Part shown: one piece after another, positions 56,308-64,000 of the stretch
Position numbering within the stretch: position 1 is the first letter of the stretch
Layout of the letters: each line of letters begins with the position of its first letter
Notes under the pieces: generated by a model
Told to the model about the DNA's origin: nothing
Seen by the model: only the letters and a program-made list of their open reading frames with translations
Databases searched by the model: none
Position numbers and translations under genes: made by a program
DNA from: Lepidodermella squamata
Taxonomy: Eukaryota; Animalia; Gastrotricha
DNA length: 64,000 nt
NCBI GenBank assembly: GCA_047495785.1
Contig: JBLDXI010000033.1
Span: 496,001-560,000, forward strand
Direction: 5' to 3'

Positions 56308-56620
56308 CTCCTACCCTTCTTTTATCAAATGGTACACTGGTAAGGTACATTCTGCAAGAATATTTGCTTATAAATGATTTGCCCAAGGTAATTATTTACC
56401 AATAATATGTTGTTCAAACCTTTGTTGTTAGTTTTACGTGTACTCAGTCGAATTAACATCGCAAATTATGGCAATATTGGCTGGCGGAAGCCACACAAGC
56501 ATAGCCATCATTTGTAGTATTTTTCAACAAAGCCACTGTCTTTTGCCATTAATTTTATTAACAGAAACAGAGAGTCAGCAGCCATTGAGAATAAATCATA
56601 AGTCATCCTGGGATATAGCG

Positions 56621-57540
56621 CTACTTGGAGGAACTTGAGCTGGAGGACTTTCGCACTTTTGAAACGACCGGTTTGCTTGGTAGACTAGCATCGTGTGGGC
56701 GGCTTTCGCAAGCGAAAACTTCATCTACATTAGGATTGAGCAATTTTTTCGTTGATGACTTCTTCTGCTTGGGAGACTGCTTATGCCTTGCCGATAAGTA
56801 AGATACCATCAAAAGCATCCGTAAAAACGCGTTCCAGTAAATTCAGTAGCAGCAAATGAAAATTGAGATTACTAAGCCGATTAACTTCAAGCTTGCTTAA
56901 ATACTTGGCCTATCAAGGGTACTCATCGTGCAAGTTTTTTTGTCCTTAAAGAGTAGGCGAGGTCGATAAAAAGTACGCTGTAAACCAAATAAGTGGCCCA
57001 CACTTGGCCAAGATATATACTCTTCACACGCAACTGAGCTGGTGCTTTTCAGCAGATGGCTATCGTATAGCTGACCCCGGATAGGTTGTAGTGCGAGTAG
57101 AAACAACTTTCGTCATTAAAAGCCAAGAAAAACTGGCAATTGGGATCAGGTCAAATTTCTAATAAACAAAAATCGATAGCAGAGCAGATTAAAAACAGAT
57201 TATAACTACTGGAACCAGATATCATTGATATAGTCGAGGTATTGTCGAAGTATTCAAGCTGATCAACTGGCAACAATGTCTACATAATCTTTGAAACATG
57301 TTAATTAATTATCGGAACAAGGGGCGAGCAGAAGCGATAGATTTGACACCGATCATCAATTATGCGGACAATTGTCAGATCCATTCCCATATGCTCATTG
57401 GCGATGAATGAACAATATGCATTGTCAGAGTGCCAGTACGTTTCATAAATCTTGCAAGGCCGTTTTATAGCGAGAACAGTGACGACCCTTGCTGCGGGAA
57501 CAGCTCTCGAAATCCATAACTGCTTTTACTCCACAATGGT
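56621..57540 (-). pseudogene. Possible decayed rhodopsin-like (class A) GPCR
   Basis: Stop- and frameshift-interrupted fragments in the correct order: TM3-like VVTVLAIKR (~57460-57486), TM5-like ATYLVYSVLF, TM6-like ASLKLIGLVISIFICCY (~56846-56896), TM7-like LLNPNVD (~56720-56743). Confidence 0.3.
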
Positions 57541-58552
57541 GTGACGAGTCACAGTCGAAAAAGCAGTGTTTGGTTACCTTAAGGCAAAACAAAACATCAT
57601 TTTCTTCCCTTTTCTTGCGGAAGTCTCATTTTATCGATGATCTACCCGTTTCATCTTCGATGACATACATACATTTTGCCTGAAAGAGCTCGGTCGAATT
57701 GCGGGATGAAATTCTATTCCAAGCTAATGCCATCTAAAATATAATCTAAACTATCTAAATGGCATGAGAGCAACGGTTCGAAATGAGCGCGGGTGTCTTT
57801 TCCGATCTTCAACAACTGAATGAATGGCTGAAAGCTAGCCCTCGTGACAATTTAACACTTTGTTTATGCACGCCTTTTAGGAAAATCTCGCGCTGATTGG
57901 CCTGAATTTCCTTCAAAATCTGTTAATTTTTAATACGCAATCACTTCAATTTTCCCATAATTTTTAACGATGAGGCAATTAGGCTTAGCTTAAATAGCAG
58001 GTTGCGCCGCAGTCATCAGTCATCGCAAATTTGCTAACAGAGCAATATATCGACGCTTTATTGCCATATATAATCTTTAATGTTGACATATGCGAAATTA
58101 ATCGCGATCCCCAGATGGCTCCGGGGATTCACTTTGAATTTAAGGGCCATTCAGTGTGACAAAGCTTGGTAGTGAATAAGTTATTGGATGTATGATATAG
58201 GCATTCGTTCTGTTTTCTTCGAGTTTTCTAGTTAAATCATAGCATGAAACCCCATCAGGATTTTTTCAGGTTAAATCAGAAGCTCTCGAATACTCTCTAA
58301 CACGCTAAGAGGTGGGTCCTCACGTTTCACGAGCTGGGGACACTTGAAGCAACCCATATTTTTACAGAAAATTGCGACACATTTTTCCACTCATGAATCG
58401 TCAGAATTGCACTCGTCAAAGTAACTCATTAGTACAAATAAGTCACGCTATTCTAAGTGCTCTCTACCGAGCCGAATAATGTCGACCTAATAACTGTTTT
58501 GATAATATGCCTTCATATACAATCGGATCTAGCCCTGAAAATCGTCTTCTTA

Positions 58553-59731
58553 ATGAAAAATTTGCTGATTATATCAGTCCTAATATTCTCGTCATCGTCA
58601 GGTTATGGTCAAATCCTGCTTGATGTAAACAACTTGGAGCGGCTAACAAAACAGCAAACTTTCAATTTGCTACAGAAATGCCCAAACATTATCCCCGAAA
58701 TTTACACGCCCACTTGCATTCGAGGCCAAGGTCGCGGTTATCCATGCTCGCCAACTAATGTAACAGTCATGCTGCAACCGGAGCATTTGGACGATATCGA
58801 CGATTTGCAGGAAACATTCACACTGTCTGCCTCGCTGCGGTTCGTATGGACAATCCCGTGCCCGGCTTATACACCTGATTACCAATTTATCTTATTCTTG
58901 GACAAGGACCTATTCTGGAAGCCCAATATTAATCATCGCAACACCCCTCGCAATTTCGGAATGAACGAAGGGTTTGTGAATAGGTTTTTCCTCAAATACA
59001 CCAACCCGCCGAAACATTCGATTGAATTCACCTGGAACCGCTATGGATCTTTTCTCTCGCAATGCTCGTTCGACCTTCAGCACTTTCCTTTCGATAAACA
59101 AGAGTGCAAAATCGTGTTTACAATGCAGGAAAACGCTTTGGCCGTTGCGTTTGCTTATCCTGTTAATTTTCGAGTTTTCGACAGCTTCTTGACTTCGAAT
59201 GACAACTGGGATTTATTGAACTCCTCGTATGCTTTATACCAAGTTGATATCGATGGCAACAACAGGAGTGAAGTCGCTTTTTCAATTGTCATGCGGCGGA
59301 GACCTGACTACTACGTCATGCATCTGATGATACCTTCTTCATTGTTGTCTGGTCTGCAGCTACTTTGTTTTGCTATGCCACCAGAGAAGCCTGATCGGCC
59401 AGTTTTTGCCGTGACTATCCTACTAGCCCTGACATTTCTAGCAGGGCAGGTTGCTGATAGTGTCCCAAGGAAAAATCAGCATATTTTTCTATCAGATTTT
59501 ACATATATTTGCTCGTTACTTTCTCTGATTTGGACTGCGTATTTTCTACTAAGCTGCGGCTGGTCGACGGCCTGGAGGTCGTGGTTTAAATGCCCGGTGT
59601 CTAGGAAGTCAACCATACTCTGCATTTATCGACATCGTGCGATAGATTTTGTCGTTTTCTGCGTTTCTGTGATTGCATACGCTATGGTGATAAACATGGC
59701 TTATACGAATAAAGTATTCAGAGATTATTGA
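58553..59731 (+). CDS. Divergent intronless pLGIC subunit 20
   Basis: First ATG 58553 (MKNLLIISVLIF); Cys-loop CSFDLQHFPFDKQEC; 4 TM. Confidence 0.92.
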   Translation: MKNLLIISVLIFSSSSGYGQILLDVNNLERLTKQQTFNLLQKCPNIIPEIYTPTCIRGQGRGYPCSPTNVTVMLQPEHLDDIDDLQETFTLSASLRFVWTIPCPAYTPDYQFILFLDKDLFWKPNINHRNTPRNFGMNEGFVNRFFLKYTNPPKHSIEFTWNRYGSFLSQCSFDLQHFPFDKQECKIVFTMQENALAVAFAYPVNFRVFDSFLTSNDNWDLLNSSYALYQVDIDGNNRSEVAFSIVMRRRPDYYVMHLMIPSSLLSGLQLLCFAMPPEKPDRPVFAVTILLALTFLAGQVADSVPRKNQHIFLSDFTYICSLLSLIWTAYFLLSCGWSTAWRSWFKCPVSRKSTILCIYRHRAIDFVVFCVSVIAYAMVINMAYTNKVFRDY

Positions 59732-60049
59732 GCCGGGCTGCTGGTTTCTGAAGCGAGATAAAAATTCTGATGAATAATACTGCAGCAGCTTTTTACATAA
59801 CGTCATGCGTAAAAAAAAACACTGGTGTGACGAAAGGTAAACATGCAAAGTGGCGCGATACTTCAGCATACAGAATTGCTGACGCATAATAAAAAAGCGC
59901 AATAAACATGGAAAAAACCCTAGCACGTATTTCTGTCTACCTTTTAGTATGAGATTGCATACGAAGATTATTTTTCGCTTCAAGACTCAAGATAAAATTG
60001 AACTCAATCTCTACCTGCTGTAAATTTTAGGGTTTTACTGTGATTTGAA

Positions 60050-60430
60050 ATGGTTCAGTCCAGCAGCAGTTGCAGCAGTTCCGATGGATGGCGCAAGGCT
60101 AGTCACGGGATGCATTACGCCAACCATTACGACCGTAAGAAGGCGAAGAAAATGCATAAGCTAGCCAAGAAAGGAATGCTGCCGCCTGGTCACTACCCTC
60201 CTGGAGCCTACCCAGCTGGTTACCCAGCCCCAATGCACCCTGGCCACTACCCAGCTCCGGCTCCGGGACATTACCCGCCAGCTGGTTATCCGGCCGGTTA
60301 TCCTGCCCCCGGTTATCCTGCTCCCGCCCCTGGTTATCCAGCCCCAGCACCTGGTTACGGTTACCCGCCAGCAGGTGCCCCTGGCTACTACCCGCCACCC
60401 GGTGCTCCTGGTTATTACCCACCTCGTTAA
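60050..60430 (+). CDS. Small Pro/Gly/Tyr/Ala-rich low-complexity protein (126 aa)
   Basis: Ser-rich start, basic RKKAKKMHKLAKK segment, then GYPAP/GHYPP/PGYY repeats with variable third codon positions; AATAAA at ~60549. Confidence 0.75.
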   Translation: MVQSSSSCSSSDGWRKASHGMHYANHYDRKKAKKMHKLAKKGMLPPGHYPPGAYPAGYPAPMHPGHYPAPAPGHYPPAGYPAGYPAPGYPAPAPGYPAPAPGYGYPPAGAPGYYPPPGAPGYYPPR

Positions 60431-60896
60431 TTTTTCCGGTGTTTTCAAGCAAATCGATTGAACATTTCCCTGTGTGCTTGACTACTATCTTTTTACGCCT
60501 TGACAACTTTACACTGCTTTAAAATCCATCCAAGAGCTTTGATAATTTCAATAAACAGATCAGATTTCATTTTACAAGACCTATCCAGGCGTTTTATACT
60601 GATTTTTAAACGTCTTGGGACTTGGGACATTAATCTCAAGTGTAGAAGATCGATTTTCATCTTAGAGGGATGAGATCAGTTTAAATTGAATCGCACGCAA
60701 TATTGAACCTCATGGCTCTTAAGATCAATTATCCTTTGCTGTAGACGTAGAGAAAATCGAGAGTCAGCCGGGATTATGTAATTACCCGCAAGATTTTACA
60801 GCTCAAGTGAGATATTGTTCGCCAGACTGATGCGTGATCTACTCTCACGAAAATAACAGCACTGATTAAATATTCCAGCCAGATGTCCTGATTAAA

Positions 60897-62105
60897 ATGT
60901 CAGGTAGCATGCTGAAAATTCTCTTAGTACTGGCGGTAACTTATTCGGCCAATGGTGATGAGTTGGACGAGCTCAGATTGGAGACAACGCTGGAAATGCG
61001 CCGGCTTTGCAAACACATGTCGCCTGAAGTGTATTCGCCAACCTGCATGAGGGGCCAGGGACGGGGTGGAGTTTGCATTCCAACGAATGTTACTATCCTC
61101 CTACAGCCGGACTATCTCAAGGAAGTCAACGACCTGTCTCAGTCATTTACTTTCACGGGAACGCTAAGATTCCTTTGGACTGTCAAGTGCCCACAATTCT
61201 TCTTCAACTACTCGAGAATCGTCAATACAGATCTGAGCGTGTACTGGAAGCCTACAATCAACCATAAGAACACCCCGGTAAATTTTGGCATGGATGATGG
61301 AGTCACAACTCGGTTCTTTTACAAACTCAACTACGGCAACGAAAAAAATCCTATCGAATTCAACTGGAATAGATACGGGTCATTTCTCTCAATTTGCGAA
61401 ATGGATCTCAAATACTTCCCATTCGATCATCAAGATTGTCAAATCCTGCTTTTGCTTCAGGAAAGAATCGAAGCTTCGATGTTCACCGAGCCTGTTCAGT
61501 TTCCGGTTTATGATATTTTCCTGAATTCAAATGAAAATTGGGTGGTCAGCCGGCATTCAAGTCATTTGTATACAGTTGTCGTAGAAGGAAGTAACAGAAG
61601 TGAGGCAGCTTTCACCTTCCGACTACTTCGAAAGCCCGACTACTACGTCAACCATCTAATGATTCCGTGCATTTGCATTTCATTCCTGGAGATAACACTG
61701 TTCGCTGTTCCGCCCCGAGTCCCAGATCGGCCCGTCTTCGCTGTTACGATTATGCTTGCTTTGACGTTTTTACAAAGCCAGATTACTGACTCCGTTCCAC
61801 AAAAGAGTGAACGAATTTTTCTAGTCAACTTCACCGATTTTTGCCAAGTCCTGTCACTTCTATGCACGATTTTCTTTGTTATCAGTTGCGGATACGTTAG
61901 GACGTACCAAGCGTTTTTCAACAAAGCGATCGTGATAGATCTGAGCTTCATCGGTTTTGGTAAAAATAAGCGGAAACTTTATTTACACCGAGAAAGAGTG
62001 ATTGATCTTCTTGTGTTCATCGCAGCAATGTCAGGATTTGTCGCAATTGTGTGCTACTCATTTTTTACGATTTCAGAGAGCGAAGCAAAGAAACTTGCAT
62101 TATGA
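60897..62105 (+). CDS. Divergent intronless pLGIC subunit 21
   Basis: Signal peptide, WKPTINHKN, Cys-loop CEMDLKYFPFDHQDC, 4 TM. Confidence 0.92.
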   Translation: MSGSMLKILLVLAVTYSANGDELDELRLETTLEMRRLCKHMSPEVYSPTCMRGQGRGGVCIPTNVTILLQPDYLKEVNDLSQSFTFTGTLRFLWTVKCPQFFFNYSRIVNTDLSVYWKPTINHKNTPVNFGMDDGVTTRFFYKLNYGNEKNPIEFNWNRYGSFLSICEMDLKYFPFDHQDCQILLLLQERIEASMFTEPVQFPVYDIFLNSNENWVVSRHSSHLYTVVVEGSNRSEAAFTFRLLRKPDYYVNHLMIPCICISFLEITLFAVPPRVPDRPVFAVTIMLALTFLQSQITDSVPQKSERIFLVNFTDFCQVLSLLCTIFFVISCGYVRTYQAFFNKAIVIDLSFIGFGKNKRKLYLHRERVIDLLVFIAAMSGFVAIVCYSFFTISESEAKKLAL

Positions 62106-62382
62106 ACCGTGATCTCTGTAGAAAGCTTTTACAGTTTATTTTGTCACAAAATATGCGCACGTTGAAACATTTTTGCAATAAAATTACGATTATATTCAAT
62201 CGCGTAGCACAAGCAAATACCAGCCGTGAATTTCCAATACGCAATTACCACTCCGGACTATAATTACTCTCGTATCGATTTCTGTGAGTGTCGTCGCAGT
62301 ATCGAACTGCCGTCTTACATTACCATCCTGGATGCGAGACCAATTTGGTTGTTTCCATGTGAGCAAAATTTAGCTCGAAATT

Positions 62383-63567
62383 ATGCATGTACTTCGGCTC
62401 CAATTAGTCCTGTGCATCATAGCTGTGAAGCTTGAAAAGATCGCGTCTTTTGTTGAAGGAGATGACGAACTTGGGAAAGAAGCTACCCTTCAACTCATGC
62501 GAGCTTGCAAACAGCTTTCGCCTGAAGTTTATTCCCCTACATGCATCAGAGGCCAAGGAAGGGGTGGAGTCTGCATTCCAACCAACGTTACCATACTCTT
62601 CCAACCCGACTATCTGAAAGATGTCAACGACATTCAGCAGACTTTCACATTTACTGGAACTTTGAGATTTCTTTGGACAATAAAATGCCCTGAATTGGTC
62701 TTCAATTACTCAAGAATCGTCAATACTGATCCTAATTTGTTCTGGAAACCAACGATCAATCACAAAAACACCCCTGTCAACTTCGGCATGGATGACGGAG
62801 TTACAACTCGGTTCTTTTATAAACTAAACTATGGCAATGCGAAAAATCCAATCGAATTCAACTGGAACAGATTCGGGTCATTTTTGTCGATATGTCAAAT
62901 GGATTTGAAGTACTTCCCGTTCGATGCCCAGGACTGCAAGGTGCTAATGTTGCTTCAAGAGCGCGTTGAAGCAGCTATGTTTCTGGGGCCGGTGAGTTTC
63001 CCGGTAGCAGACAGCTTTCTGACATCAAATGAAAACTGGGTTGTAACTCGGTTCTCGACCCAACTCTACACGGTTATTATCGAAGGCAGTAATCGAAGTG
63101 AAGCGGCTTTCCAGTTCCGAATCAAGCGACTCCCTGGTTACTACATCAACCATCTAATGGTGCCATCAATTTGCCTGGCGTTATTAGAAATGTTTCTTTT
63201 CGCTGTCCCACCGGCGATACCAGATCGACCGATGTTTGCTGTAACTATTCTTTTAGCGCTAACCTTCCTGCAGAGCCAAGTTGCTGCAGCTGTCCCGCCG
63301 AAGGATGAGCGAATTTTCCTTGCCACTTTCACATATCTATGCCAGGTTTTCTCACTTATCTGCACCATGTTTTTCACGGTGAGTTGCGGATACTCACGGA
63401 CCTGGAAGAAGTTCTACAGGCGAACTTTCGGGGTGAAAAAGCTAGTAATTTCACTGGAAAGAATCATTGACTTGATCGCACTGGTTATCGCTGTGTTTTG
63501 TTTCCTGGGCATTATTGGTTATGCATTTTCCACAATCGCTGAGAGCGAGAGAGTAAACGATTCTTGA
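62383..63567 (+). CDS. Divergent intronless pLGIC subunit 22
   Basis: Cys-loop CQMDLKYFPFDAQDC; close paralog of subunit 21. Confidence 0.92.
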   Translation: MHVLRLQLVLCIIAVKLEKIASFVEGDDELGKEATLQLMRACKQLSPEVYSPTCIRGQGRGGVCIPTNVTILFQPDYLKDVNDIQQTFTFTGTLRFLWTIKCPELVFNYSRIVNTDPNLFWKPTINHKNTPVNFGMDDGVTTRFFYKLNYGNAKNPIEFNWNRFGSFLSICQMDLKYFPFDAQDCKVLMLLQERVEAAMFLGPVSFPVADSFLTSNENWVVTRFSTQLYTVIIEGSNRSEAAFQFRIKRLPGYYINHLMVPSICLALLEMFLFAVPPAIPDRPMFAVTILLALTFLQSQVAAAVPPKDERIFLATFTYLCQVFSLICTMFFTVSCGYSRTWKKFYRRTFGVKKLVISLERIIDLIALVIAVFCFLGIIGYAFSTIAESERVNDS

Positions 63568-63723
63568 ATTTTGATTGTTTGCACCATCATACGAAATTCA
63601 TTCGATAATAAATTATCACGAAATTGTGCTCGTATCCCTGGCAATTGTCACATAAGTCGAACTCAGGTTTAATTTTGTGTCATTACTTTTCCATCCCTAT
63701 GAGCATATTGATGCAGGCAATTC

Positions 63724-63996
63724 GCGGGTTATCCGGCTCCCATGCACCCAGGCCACTATCCAGCTCCAGTTGCAGGACCCCAGTCGCCAACCGGTCATCC
63801 AGCGCTACCGCGCCGCGTTATACAACGCCAGCTTCTGGCTATACCTGCCCACCAGCTGGCGCCCCTGGTGCTCCCGTTTATTACTTATTAACCATCTCGT
63901 TAAATGTCACGCCAGGCCAATCGATTTTAGCTGCTATCTTCTTATGCCTCTGTACTTCAAAAGCCTTATACTGTCGTAAAATTAATCCAAGAGCTT
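63724..63996 (+). pseudogene. Frameshifted partial duplicate of the Pro/Gly/Tyr-rich gene at 60050
   Basis: Reads AGYPAPMHPGHYPAP (identical peptide), then after a frameshift ...GYTCPPAGAPGAPVYY; 3' flank shares CTCGTTAA and ATCCAAGAGCTT with 60424-60539. Confidence 0.8.
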
Positions 63997-64000
63997 CTCT

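Noticed and set aside
60099-60506. Minus-strand repetitive ORFs (135 and 95 aa)
   Set aside because: Antisense shadows of the Pro/Gly/Tyr-rich gene; the + frame is the one conserved in the decayed duplicate.
7073-63567. Bacterial origin or contamination suggested by intronless, tightly packed, short-loop channels
   Set aside because: The genes are interleaved with spliceosomal-intron genes, carry AATAAA signals and N-glycan sequons, and most have the eukaryotic Cys-loop.
1-64000. tRNA, rRNA and CRISPR arrays; specific gene symbols (CHRNA, GABBR, ENPP5, APOD, RAB6)
   Set aside because: No such RNA genes or arrays were recognised; orthology cannot be assigned without phylogeny.

Overview
Gene-dense eukaryotic (animal, most likely invertebrate; taxon not assignable from sequence alone) DNA with very short GT-AG introns (mostly 46-59 bp). 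The window is dominated by 22 divergent pentameric ligand-gated ion channel (pLGIC, Cys-loop superfamily) subunit genes. 21 have intronless CDSs of about 375-410 aa and one has two introns. None has the canonical acetylcholine-binding aromatic box or the loop C vicinal cysteines, and all have a minimal M3-M4 loop. The intronless members carry a family-specific N-terminal four-cysteine motif, and four of them have lost the Cys-loop disulfide itself. Interleaved are four GABA-B-like class C GPCR genes, a secreted lipocalin, two divergent nuclear receptors, an atypical Rab, a Pro/Gly/Tyr-rich small protein with a decayed duplicate, three tandem ENPP ectoenzymes, a degenerate MULE transposon and MITE-like elements. 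The best working hypothesis (inference) is a lineage-specific chemosensory receptor locus built from pLGICs, convergent with cephalopod chemotactile receptors. Part of it may be transcribed as operon-like units with 52-101 bp spacers.
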